Shown: positions 1-11,969 of the stretch, piece after piece
Layout: the number at the start of each line of letters is the position of its first letter
Position numbering within the stretch: position 1 is the stretch's first letter
Origin: Piedraia hortae CBS 480.64
Taxonomy: Eukaryota
Reading direction: 5' to 3'
Length of the DNA stretch: 64,000 bases
Assembly (NCBI GenBank): GCA_010093745.1
Contig: MU005982.1
Span: 1 to 64,000 of the forward strand
Made by a program: the position numbers and the translations under genes
The notes under the pieces: model-generated
What the model was told of the DNA's origin: nothing
Databases searched by the model: none
Seen by the model: the letters and a program-made list of their open reading frames with translations, nothing else

Positions 1-325
1 AAAGACATGTCCGACCAAGGTCTTGTCTGTTGCCAGGCTCAGAGCGCCCTGCAAGTCAGCGTTCCATGCCTCGAATGGCGTTCCAGCCTTGAGAATGACA
101 GCTCTTTTTCTTTCGTAGCTCATGGTCTCTGGAAGCTCCGCTTTCGCTTCGAGACTCAATTTGAATAGCGCTTGTTAGCGGTAGAGCCCGGGCTCATAAC
201 CTATTATAATTGTGAGCAGATGTGTACCTGCATACAAATCTCTACGGAAAACTAGTTGACGCGTGAAGTCGAGAGCCGAGCGACGGTTACTAATAATGCG
301 CGTAATATACCGCATATTCACAACA
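1..325 (-). mobile_element. 5' end of a Ty1/Copia LTR retrotransposon (family B): 124-bp LTR 325-202, PBS 201-190, gag start at 123; truncated by the window edge
   Basis: The minus strand reads TGTTGTGAAT...CACAATTATAATA, followed directly by GGTTATGAGCCC, a copia-type PBS for half-tRNA-iMet priming. An open frame MSYERKRAVILKAGTPFEAWNADLQGALSLATDKTLVGHVF then runs to the edge. The same LTR recurs at 24318-24441. Confidence 0.8.
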
Positions 326-663
326 GTACTTGCATAGCAAGTCAGCGATACCTCCTACACTACCAGATGCACCCCAGGTTTTTCCTTCACAGAGGATTTC
401 CCTCAGGGTCATGTCATATGTGACATGGCGAATGCGCCCTGCTAAAGTACGACGTGACGACAACGGCCCACTGTTACGGAATTTTTATTCTGAACGTCCC
501 CTCACTTTAAGATATATAGTCGTTCACACTGTCATATCGTTACTGGTATTTACTCCTACCCACCTGTATCTTTCCTGTTCCTGTCGTTTGAAATTCATCT
601 ATTGCTATGTCCTCCAAGTTTGGGCCGCTGTGCACTTCCATTTAGGAGGGTACTATCGCAACA
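326..663 (+). mobile_element. Family A LTR, 5'-truncated by the Copia-B insertion
   Basis: Matches 6379-6738 from about nt 37 onward (TGCATAGCAAGTCAGCGATACCTCCTACAC...) and ends CGCAACA. Confidence 0.8.
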
Positions 664-967
664 TATTTCGTACTAAACGGTCGCACTCGATATTGTGGGG
701 CGCGCCTGTTCATCGCAACTCATTGGGTGAGAAGTTTTGCTTTGCTACGCAGGGAATGCCCAGAATTTTATCTTGACTGCAAATTGCCAAAGGTCAACAA
801 TATGAGGCGTCAAGGGCCGCTATGAAACTGTTCAGTCAGCCGACAAATAGAACTGCCCTTGATCTTGCGGGAGTCTCTAAGTAAATGCTAAAGAAAAAGC
901 GCAAGATGTGGGTGTTACCGCGCGGACTATGCTATCCTTACAACGGTGTTGTGCCTTATGGAAGAGC

Positions 968-1327
968 TGTAGGTATTTAGCTCTCGTGGGTGAGAGTGCA
1001 CAGCGACCCGAAGAGGGCGGAGCGATAGACGGAAACAGGGACAGGAAAGATGTAGATGTGTGTAAGTCAAAATACCAGTTGCAGCATGGTAGTGTGAATG
1101 ACTATTTTCAATAAGGGGACGTTCAGAATGAAAATTCTGTTCCGGTGGGCCGGTGACGTCACGTCGTACACTAGCGGGGCGTATTCACCATGTCACATAT
1201 GACATGACCCTGAGGGAAAACCTCTGTGAGGGAAAAACCTAGGGTGCAGCTGGTAGTGTAGGAGGTATCGCTGACTTGCTATGCAAGTGCCCTGCATACG
1301 CGCTAGCGGCGATGCTTGAATCCAACA
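968..1327 (-). mobile_element. Solo LTR, family A (360 bp)
   Basis: TG...CA termini, exact 5-bp TSD AGAGC (963-967 / 1328-1332); reverse complement of 6379-6738. Confidence 0.92.
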
Positions 1328-2392
1328 AGAGCTAGCTATGCTATGGGCTGGAGGTGAGGTATCGGGTCACGTGGCTGCGAAATGGGTTTTTGACAGTGGG
1401 AGAGCGAGGAGCCTGTATGTTAGACCAGAATCGAAGACGTTCTCTCGGACTCGTTCCATAACAGGTGCTTTCCGATCATGCCCGATCGAGTAAGAAGAAA
1501 GACAATGCTGCGCGATAACCTAACCCCCCATCTCAACTTGGCGGGCTTGAAGATCAGGAACCGCCATCGTGCTAGCTTCAAACTGTAAAGTTAGAAAGGC
1601 AAAGAGCCCACGATCAAACCTTCGCCGAACGATTTACTCGCCCTACTCGACCCGTGTCGTCGTTGATGGTGCGTCCTGGGAAGCATCGGGGTGTACCATC
1701 TCCTAGTCCTCTAGTATCACTTCCAGGCCTGATCAATTTTGTGCCCTAAAATATTTATGCACGTGTCCTCTTAGTATCCTGCAACACTCTTCTTGAAGTT
1801 CTCGAGACGTGGGCGCAGGTAAGTGGCCACCTGAGATGCCATTGTTACTCTCTGCGACGAGATTAGCATGCAACAGCGAACGTCTCCATTAATAAAGGAT
1901 TTGAGATCCAGTTAATCCCAGATTTTTCAAGTATGTCAGCGCGCATGTTAGATCCATAATCCAAGCTCGTGCAATTTCTATATATATGGCTGAACGGAGG
2001 GCCGTTGTCGCCGCACTCTCTCTGACTTTCAATCAGATTCACATGATGTAGAAGTTCACATTGCGGCCGCTAACGGGAAGGTGCGCTAGCTTTGCCCCTC
2101 ACAGGTTGCTGGGCGGAAAAGAGCAGGCGCGTCAACACACAGCTACGTCGAGCTCAACTGCCCCTCTCAACCAGCTCCACTAGCGTCCTTCGCTCTCATA
2201 AATTGACAGTTCTTCTCCATTCTCTTCTCCATCCCCTTCTTCCTCCATCACTCTACTTCTACCTCTTCATCACAGTCATCCTGCAACACTTGTCATTACC
2301 TCGTACACTCCATCAGAGTCTGCTCTTCCATTATACGCCCCTCCTTGACTCCTTGGGTCCGTCGTGCTGACGCTTTTCCAGGCATTGTTACA

Positions 2393-4191
2393 ATGTCCGA
2401 CGTGAAGAGCATGTACCCTCGCTCCGGCAGTACTGGTCATAACGTCTACGGTCCGCAGCAGCAGGACTCCATGCACCCATACGGCCCTCGCGCTACTTTC
2501 TTTGGTGGTCTGGGCCATGCCATGCCCGCTGGGGTGGCAGCACTAGCTCACGGATTTCAGGGGATGAATGTGCATCCCGCACCATTCGCCTCGAAGAACG
2601 CTATGGTTGTCCCCAATACCGGGTATCACGGCGGGTATCCTGGAACGACTCCCTATTTTCCGGGTGCGTTTGTCGACAATGGAAAGTACACTGCTCCGCA
2701 TGGTACTGCTGTGGGGCCACCTCCAGAATTATATGCTCCGCACGTTGCTCCAATGGGGTATCCCGCTTGTATGGCCCAAGATATTAGCCCCCTATCCAGT
2801 AATCGCTGGACGCCCCCGACTGGAAACAACCACGAGTTGCCCGCTCTTACACCACGACAGGGCTCCGTGTCGTCGAACGAGAACGACCAGCCTGTCACGC
2901 CGTCTTATGCCAACATTCCGCGCTTTGTAACCGCAAACTTCTATCGCCCTCCCAGTGGCCCATTTGCCCATGGAACTCCGTCTCCGATGTCCATGATTCC
3001 TCCCTTTGGGTATGCAACAGTCAAGCCCCAGGAAGACAGCAACGTGTCGCCGCATATCAAGATGCTTGTTACGAGGGACCCCGCAATTCCACCAGCAATT
3101 CCTGCGCCATCATCCCCTTTGAAACCTTTGGACCGCGCTTTAGAAAACCAGCGTGGTGAAACAAATGTGTATATTCGTGGCCTTCTGCCAGAAACAACTG
3201 ACGAAATGCTAGTAGCCTGGGCTGGACGATTTGGAGAAATAAATAGTTCGAAATCCATCATTGATCTTAACACAGGCTTTTGCAAGGGGTAAGGGCTGGC
3301 TCAGAATATGGGCCATGGCTAACAATTGCAAGGTTCGGATTCGTGAAGTATTTCAACTATACGGACGCTGAAAACTGCATCCGTGGCTTCCACTACCTCG
3401 GGTATGAGGTCAGCTTTGCTCGGGTCAGTTGTAGTCCTTTGCGGTTTTTCTGAATTTGGCTAACCACTTCCAGGAATCCTTTTACTCCAAACTTAAAACT
3501 TTCGCGGATGACCGAAATACCAATCTTTACATCTCCAATCTTCCCAGAACCATGAATGAGCATGAGCTTGCTCAGCTTTTTGCGCCTCACAAGGTGGAAT
3601 CTACCCGAGTTTTGCGCGACAGAAATGGTCATGGGCGTGGCGTTGGCTTCGCAAGGTCAGCCGACATCATTGACACTGCAATCGCTAACAGCGAATGATA
3701 GATTCGAGAGTAGAGCCGTATGCGAAGATGTCATCAAGACATTTGGCAATCATGCCTTACAGGCAGGCGACGAAGAGTTACAGATACAAATTCGGTTCGC
3801 AGACACCCAGGAGCAAAAGGCTCTCAAACAACAAACACAGGCTGCAAGGCTCTTTCGCTCTGCGGAGTATGAGTATGCTACCCAGACCTTGCGCCAAGGT
3901 GGGCTATCGCTCCAACCTGGTAGCCAAGATGGCCCTTCTAGCGACTTTAGCCAGTATCTGAAGACGACAGCACCCGCAACAACTGTCGGACAACCCTCGA
4001 CCGTTCATGTTCCACGAATATTCACTGAACGAAACTCGTTTACTTTGAGCGCCTCTGCCTTTCCACCGCTTCCTTCTGTGGCCGGCAATTCCGAAACGAC
4101 TTCCGATTACGCCAAAAAAACGCATGATGATTCCGCCGTCAAGAATCACTTGAGCAGCAACGAAGCGCCCTCTGCCCCGGAGCGCAATTAG
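2393..4191 (+). CDS. Two-RRM RNA-binding protein, Spo5/RBMS(MSSP)-like; exons 2393-3288, 3333-3423, 3474-3655, 3702-4191
   Basis: RNP2/RNP1 motifs TNVYIRGL...CKGFGFVKY and TNLYISNLP...GRGVGFARF, restored by three GT-AG introns (44, 50, 46 nt) with GCTAAC branch sites. Long P/G/Y-rich low-complexity N-terminus. Confidence 0.88.
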
Positions 4192-6378
4192 AGGCCAGAT
4201 TATGATGACTTTGCGAAGAAAAAAAACGGTTGAAAAGGGAAGGTACGATGCATCGCTTAGCATTCATGGTGGGAGAAACTTTTGTTCAGCCTTTTCCCGG
4301 TCGAATGTTCTTGGGGAATGTTTATCTTGCAGGCAGTTTTCGGGCAAATGGAGGGCTTTGATTTATGGCATATATTAAAGTCTCTGCAGACTATATAATG
4401 CGAGTATTATAGACTTTTGGCACGTAATAGTATCTACAGTGCTCTACAAGTAGTTTGGCGTGGTGAACAGGGCTTTAATTAGAGCATAGCTTGTGAAAGC
4501 CCAATAGCATCATGACAAGGGTGCAAATTATGACGCGAGGTTCTTCGTTGACGTGGCCTATTCGAGTCTGGTTTCCCGCTTCGGCCAATCAGAAAGAGAC
4601 TTGCTCCGTTTTCTAAACCAGTGTATGAATGGTGCGGGAAATGAAGAGCATAACAAGTCTGTTTCATTCGCCGAACCGGAGATCTAGGCCGAGATAAGCA
4701 CTATACCAATAGACCACTCATCTAACGCGAGTATAGGCCGTTCCGAGCGGGTTTGACTTTCTGCTTGGATGAAAATGGATTTCGTGGGAAAAGTTCAAAG
4801 TCCATACTTATTTCAAGTCTTTTTACCTACATTTCTAGGTCGTAGTCATTACTTCTTGCCATCTACAGGAGAGGTCTGTCCACGAGGTGCGATAGTCATT
4901 CATGAAGACCAGACAGGGGTTCCTCCTTATAACGCAAGTATGTCCTTTGTTGATCTTTCAAAACAACTTCATCGCCATGTACGATATCAAGGTATTGTAG
5001 TCGTTGAGATGGGGTATTATCTTGGGTGGAGTGTGTTCAGCTTGATCCCGCGTTTGGGAGGTGGGGTATGAAGCTGGGGAGCTGGCTGGATGGGGACTTT
5101 GAGGTCTTTGAAGAGGAGGGAGGGATGCAAAAGGCTTGGACTTCATGTTTGCGGAGTTTAATGATTTTAGAGAATGATCTCTTGCTCTGGATGCGATTTT
5201 GACTCTGGACTCTCTGTGCTATAGTATAGTTGTGGGTTCAAATTCTGATCTCCAGGGAAGCTTTTCGGGGTGGAATTTTGTCACCCTCAGCCTTGGTTTG
5301 AGTGGAATCCAGCTGTAGCTTGACGTTGACTGGCCCTATATTTTGCTTGAGAGGTTCAGGATCATGAGTCGTCTAATTCCTGGTCGGGAGTTGTGACTTC
5401 CAAGCATTTATGCTTGGGTGTTTGGATTTTGAAGACAGCCAGGTTCTGCTCAAGATATTTGATCTGTGTCTTGAGAATCTTGGTGGTATGTCTGCTGGAT
5501 AAAAGCTTCGACTCTAAATATTTCATATTTTGGATATCCTTTAGAAATTTGAAGGTTTAGTTACTGCTCGCGTTGTGGTATCGTTGTCCTCGGACAGAGA
5601 GACATTTCCTGGCTGGCTGCTGGGTTCTGTTCCTGTTCATTGAGCAGTTTAAATGTTCGGAACCGGGCACTGTTTTATGAGTTCTCATAGATTTTGAAAA
5701 AAACCTCTGCGAGGTTTAGGCCTGGAACCTGAAGTTCAACGTTTTCTTTTGTAAGCTTCCCATCCGGAGACTCAGTACATGTATGTGCATACTCATTCCT
5801 GTCGTGCAGGAATTCCAGCTCTTGCTAAGTTTCCTCTGCAATTTTGGATCGTCTTCGCATCTCCTTTCTTTCTTCTTGCTAGGTTCAAGTCTGCACACCG
5901 TGAAATCCCGCCTTCCAAACCGTTGACGCAGGTTCTGATTCTCCCCGATGTCTCTGCATCATTCCCATCTAGGGATTTTACGATCCTAGGAACACCCCCA
6001 GGTCATTCATAGGCATCATCCGACCCTAGCTTCATTTGTTATCCAGATTGTTTGTTTACCTGCGCAAACTTACGTTGCTTGTCCTGGAGACCCTCCTGCC
6101 ACTGCCTCATTTTGATGTTGTGTATTAGCGCCCGTGGTAGTGCAGCTAACTGTTTGCTTCGCGCGTTTTGAAAAGGTTGAAGACCGTGTGAGCAAGTACT
6201 AGTTGCTTAATATTACCTAGCTTGCTCTTCAACTAACTTGTCTCCCAAATGATATCTTATCTATGGACCCGAAGTACTTTAGTGAGTCTCGCCAGAGCCT
6301 GATAGATCTCGCCATAGCCAATAATCGACTTCACTGGTGGCAGTAGCCGTGGCAGCGGCAGTTGACTAATGTTTTATT

Positions 6379-6738
6379 TGTTGGATTCAAGCATCGCCGC
6401 TAGCGCGTATGCAGGGCACTTGCATAGCAAGTCAGCGATACCTCCTACACTACCAGCTGCACCCTAGGTTTTTCCCTCACAGAGGTTTTCCCTCAGGGTC
6501 ATGTCATATGTGACATGGTGAATACGCCCCGCTAGTGTACGACGTGACTTCACCGGCCCACCGGAACAGAATTTTCATTCTGAACGTCCCCTTATTGAAA
6601 ATAGTCATTCACACTACCATGCTGCAACTGGTTTTTGACTCAAATACATCTACATCTTTCATGTCCCTGATTCTGTCTATCGCTCCGTCCTCTTCAGGTC
6701 GCTGTGCACTCTTACCCACGAGAGCCAAAATCTCTACA
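6379..6738 (+). mobile_element. Solo LTR, family A (360 bp)
   Basis: TGTTGG...CTCTACA with exact TSD TTATT on both sides. Confidence 0.92.
6461..6499 (+). other. Putative ENE-like RNA structure (stem / U-rich internal loop / stem-loop) in the LTR
   Basis: ACCCU-AGG UUUUUC CCUC ACA GAGG UUUUC CCU-C-AGGGU; conserved with covariation in other LTR families of the window. Confidence 0.6.
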
Positions 6739-7251
6739 TTATTGCATCATCCTTGCAGCGAAGACTGTCGATTGACCTGCTCCGGGCCTTCTTGCGGCTG
6801 AGCCTATCTAAAGGTAGTTGGTTGCGCAAGCTCTTTTTTCATAACTGGTTTCCTCAATCCATCGCAAAGGTTCGACCTGACTAAGTTTTTTGAGAATCGC
6901 AATTGTCCGTTTGTATAGTCCTTCATCAGCTGCTTGGTTACGAGTTCGACATGCTTGGTCCAAACACCTGTGTCGGCGATAGCAGCGTGAAAAACTCATG
7001 CTGACGAGGGCCATGATACACCGTCTCAGCGTAGTCTGCTACAAATCGAAGACAATCTGCTAGGCTGGAAGGTTTCCCTGCAGAATGTCGTTAGTGAGGT
7101 CCAAGGGGGGTGGCAATTTATTATAAGTTTAACGGCTAGATTGGTTCCCTGCGAAAATTCCGGCAAAGAAACGTGCGAGGCAGGTTAAGCACAGTGTGGA
7201 GACAACATACGTGCTCTTTCTGGATGCCAGTCGGTAAATCGTCGCGCTTTT

Positions 7252-7538
7252 TGTTGGATAAAGTTGGCATGAAGCCTCGTTGCTATGAATACGAAAGCAT
7301 ATATGGCTGGAATTCTCAGGGTTTTTACCTCACAGAGGATTTTTCCCCTGGAATGTGGTCATGTCACATGATGTGATCACGGCGAATGCGGCTCGGACTG
7401 TGCCGGAACATGGGGCACCCTCACTTCCTCGACACCACAAATACAATAAGACAGAACAACTCAATGCATGAGCATAATCACGGATACTGTTCTTGTTCCC
7501 ACTCTCCGTGTCCATATTGCACATGACGCTGCGTTACA
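7252..7538 (+). mobile_element. Diverged LTR related to families A/C (ends approximate)
   Basis: Starts TGTTGG, contains GTTGGCATGAAGCCTCGTTGCTAT (like family C) and the CAGGGTTTTTACCTCACAGAGG...CCCCTGG core; no TSD seen. Confidence 0.55.
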
Positions 7539-8940
7539 TTACCACCTCCAAATTATCAGATAATCTCTGTGAGTATTGTCCTCATTGCTTGCCCTACTCG
7601 TTCCAGAGAAATTTAACCTTTGAGTCATGGCAAACTCTAGGAAGCAATATATCTCTCCACGATCCGTCATCTCTCTGCAGAGAGGAATATAGTGAGTTTC
7701 AAGTCAATGCAATTGAGATTAGGGCTCTCTAAACGAACTGAACTAGACCCCGACGTGAAATTCGAGATTAGTTTGATCACAGATTCATCAAATGAAACAT
7801 CTTCGGGCTGTAGATGATTTAAAAGAAAAGGTCATCGTGACTTTCGGTGCAGTGGCGACTTGTAAAAGCGAAAAAACCCAACCACACAAACACAAATGAA
7901 AGCTGATTGTTTTCGTGAAAATTCCCTTCTTCGTTTGTTGGAAAGATCGCGCCACGCTTTGAGAGACTCGCAAAGATCCTAGATCGACGCATATGTTTCT
8001 AACTAGGGGCTCCAACAGTTCATACTGTACCGATAAATGTCTGGAAAGCAAGAAGGACTGAGGCAGACTTGTTCCTGGTTGCCGTGGCCTCATCATCTCC
8101 AACTGCATTCGACGGCTCGTTAGGAGCGGCCGTCACTGACGAACAAGAGAGACTTCAAACACTGTGCGTTATTTGGTATGACCACTCGCCAAGTGAGTAC
8201 AAGTGTATGCCGTTCTCGGTTGATTCCTAATCAGCTGACATCAGCGAAAGAGCTACCTGGATAAAATATTACCTGCCGTGCAGCTGCGAATCCTCTCATG
8301 AAATGTTTTGGCACGGTGACCGATCCTTGCCAATCATTTAGCTTGTAAATCTGGGGGGCTAGTGTGGTGGTCCTGATTCTGGCAAGAAGCGAAGCATCCG
8401 GCGCGAAATATCACTTGGACATACTCAGCCGAACTTGCCACTTTCATCCCAGCAGACACAAGCTAGATTCAATCCGGACGATCCCTCTTTCACTGGCATC
8501 TGCAAGAGCAGTGCCGGAGCATCTGACTGCTGATATACGATCACTTGTTGAAACGAGCCCCAAGCTGGCATCTCGTCATCGTTTCGATGAATGTTTCGAG
8601 GGTCAAGCAAGAAACACAAGAGAAGATGAAATTGCGCAACGAATCCGACGAAAGAGCCAAATGTGCTGTTGCAGTTATCTGCGATGGTCACGGTTCTTGT
8701 TGGGCTACTCTCCTTGGTAGGATTCGCTTGGGACAAGGTGACGCAGCTCCATCCAGATCAGCGCACTTCTATGGTCCGCACAGTATGATGCACCTGAAAG
8801 GCTAGCTAACCAGCTATTTTCATGTGACAGCTGCCCCTGCAGCCCCGCGAAGCCCACAGCCACCACCGCGGCCAATATTCACAAACTTCCTCGCACCTTC
8901 TCAGCCTCATCAATCTCTTCATCCGACAACTCTCCTTCCA

Positions 8941-9942
8941 ATGCACACTCGCACCACTCGCTCAACCACGGCAGCTGCAGCCGCAGCCGCCGCAGCCGCC
9001 GATGCTGCCTGTTCCGTCGGCTCACCCGGTTCAGCCAATGGCACCAGTGCCGCCGACGCTGCTAGCGAAGCTGTTTCTTCCATTGCTTCCAATGGTGACA
9101 AGGGTGCCAATGCTGGTAAAGCTAGTATGGCTGGTAAATCTGGAAAATTTGACCATGCTGGCAAACCTGGCAAGACTGGCAGTACCTCCAAAGCTGGCAA
9201 GGCCGGCAATGCAAGCACTGGGGTTAATACTGCGAATGCTGGCGATGCCGGCTATGTTACCACCACGGCTGTAACGACGGCGAAGGCTACAAATAAGAAC
9301 TCTGCTTCAACGAAGAAAAAACTTGAGATTAAACAGCTTTACCTCGAGGAAGGCTCCGGTTCGCTTTTCTCCTCACCAACAAAAGCAAAACATTGCTAAC
9401 GATTAATAGAATGGTTCTTGCTGGACGTCGCCCACACCTTTCCCGGGTGCCTCCTCCCTAAAGGGAAGCTCCCGCCCCTATTCAAGCAATTTGCCAAGTA
9501 CGAAAGGGGCAACGAGAAAATAATCGAGATCCATGTGTCTAAAAACAGTGCTAGGATCCGCAACACGCCTGATTTCCTGTTGCACAAAACTGTAGAGTAC
9601 GGACGCGGCGGACCCAAGATTGTCGACCCGAATGAGATTCATACTACAGTCGCGGAGACTGGAATAAAGTGCAAAGCGGATGACAAGCTCAAGGGTCCTA
9701 GCAAGGAGAAAAAGACCAGTGGTGGTACGCAAGCCAATCTTGGCAAGGAGATCAAAACTGATAAAATTAAGCCTAAACTTCCGCCCAAGGCCTTTTTCCG
9801 GGTGACACCCAAGAAGCCGATCGTTGACGGAATCCCTCTTAAGATCAAGAAGATGAGATCTGTTGAGTTTGAGGAACCCAAAGTTCTGAAGAAGACTGGA
9901 ATGGCTGCTAAGTGCTCGGTGGCTTCCCAAATGAACTCCTAA
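8941..9942 (+). CDS. Hypothetical Ala/Gly/Lys-rich basic protein; exons 8941-9358, 9410-9942
   Basis: Two adjacent ORFs are joined in frame by a 51-nt intron (GTTCGC...GCTAAC...TAG). Codon usage looks coding-like; no recognisable domain. Confidence 0.65.
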
Positions 9943-10158
9943 GCAAAGAAGTTTTTTGATGTCTTGTGTGCTATCATTCAGCTGCATGTCATTGTGCAGG
10001 AGCTGCTGATGGTATTCCGTGATTTGAACAGAATGACGATGAAAAGAGAAGTTTCATCAATCCTTAGTCTATAGATCTATCATTCTGTTCCAGTCTTCTC
10101 TCCCCTGATATGGTTCACACGTTCAAATTCTTCTCGCGAATAAATTAAATCTGCCATA

Positions 10159-11804
10159 CACAGCCAATCCCGCATCAGACGAAATCAGCCTGAAATCGGT
10201 CTGAAACCGACTGAAAATCTATCTGAGATCTGGCTGGTTTCAGCCATGTGATCGGTTGGAATTCGTGAAATATGTGCCTGATTTCAGGTGAGATTTAGCC
10301 TGACTTCAGGCCTGTTCCTATCAAGTCTGATTCTATGTGATATCGTCTCTGTGGCAGCCTGACTCTACACTGCCAACCCTCTCACGTCATGTCACATCAT
10401 TTTCTCACTCTTTTCACGTCATGTAGCGAGATTGTGTACATCACGTGCCATGATGTAGGATGTGACGCAGCAAGATGCGGTGCACGACGTAGCCAGACGC
10501 TACACGCCTTGCAAAGTCACGCAGCAATACTTGGGACAAGATGCTGCATGACGTGAATAATTCGCATCAAGAGGGACTCCTTGGTATCACGCAGCGACAT
10601 GAAAGACAAGATGCAGCATGATGAATAAAATGTACTAACAAATGATCAAATTTTACACAGCTATTACTAAAGGCCCGAGTATGATGAGTACCCCTGGGAC
10701 ATAGTGGTCACCAGTGATGCCCGCCCACTAGCCGTGACCTGTCCGCCCTTATCTTCTTTTTTCAGCCACCCAAACTCACCAAGATCATCGCTCAGTATCT
10801 TGGTCCTGCAAAATGAGTTGGCAACGATGCAGATGAGGCCAAAGGTGTTTCACAACTTACTTTTGTGATGAGGTCAGCGCCTTGTACATCGTGTCTGATG
10901 CTTGAAAGAAATCTCTGGAATCGAGGGAGAATTTCTTGGCTTTGTAACGCTGAGCTGGTTAGCATTCCATATGATGGAAGTAATATTCATCACCACATAA
11001 TGCTGGGCATACCCAAACAGAAGCAGTCTCTCTCTGCTCAGCCGTGCACTGCTCAGCGGCAAGGTCGTTGTCATCGGCGAGAGCCTTGACAACGTCCAGA
11101 AGTGGGGTTTCGAGCACCTTATCCAGGCGAGTCTTCGTTTTGGTAATCCGACCTGACCCTTCCGACTACTTTCGACACTTCACGTCCCGGCGAGCTTCGA
11201 AAGACTCCCCAACGGACAAGAGCCGCCTACAAATATCTATCAGTGTGGGGCTCAAATATAACATGATTTTGCATACCCCAGAACAACAACGAAGGCCTTT
11301 GTGCGTCGGTCAAAGTTACCTTGATCGCCTCAACACGAGGTTACAGAATCATCCCGAGAAGAAATCTGGCCCGCGTTCTCAATGTCATGCGTTTGTGTGG
11401 CGAGTGGTGTGGCGTAAAGCAGGATCTCATCGCTTATCGAACGGAAAGGCAGATGGCCCCTGGTGATGTATGGCAGCACGAGGTAGAGAGCGCGTCTAGC
11501 CGCTGGGTGGCCAATGTCCATATGCTTAATCTGCATAGCTGATTGGCAGGCCAAGCATGACAGGGTTTTTCCACCACCGCGTGGCTTTTGACAGTTTTAA
11601 TTCATTCTGCACATGTTGATTAAACGTCCCTTATTATGTAGTTTCGGAATCAGGTAGTTGTCGTGACAGCCTGAAAAACAACGCCATGTGGAATCCTGAT
11701 CTTAGGTCTCCTGGAATTCAGACTGTGACAGCCTGAAAACACGACCCTGTAATACCCTGATTTCAGATTTCAGGTGGTGGCGGCCTGATGCGGGATAGGC
11801 TGTG
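10159..11804. mobile_element. Non-autonomous or degenerate TIR DNA transposon with TA target duplication (Tc1/mariner-like)
   Basis: TA|CACAGCCAATCCCGCATCAG at the left and CTGATGCGGGATAGGCTGTG|TA at the right (19/20 inverted match). Many subterminal CCTGAAA/TTTCAGG motifs at both ends. Confidence 0.65.
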
Positions 11805-11969
11805 TAGAATTCCTCTACCCTGCACTACAGTCTGCCATTATCCAGCGATGAGGTTAAGAAAGATGGCAGGTAATTGCGGCAGTGTACAACAGCTCTACTA
11901 AAACACTTCAATCCTTGCTTTAGATTTTCAAGGCTTGCATATACAAATGATTCAATGCCATCGATCGCT

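Noticed and set aside
330..776. 148-aa ORF and similar short ORFs overlapping LTR copies
   Set aside because: They lie within non-coding solo LTRs and the frames are not conserved between copies.
4950..6340. Possible minus-strand coiled-coil gene relic
   Set aside because: Many stops and no recognisable motif.
10159..10640. CRISPR-like or regular tandem array
   Set aside because: The motifs are short and irregularly spaced in a eukaryotic context; better explained as transposon subterminal repeats.
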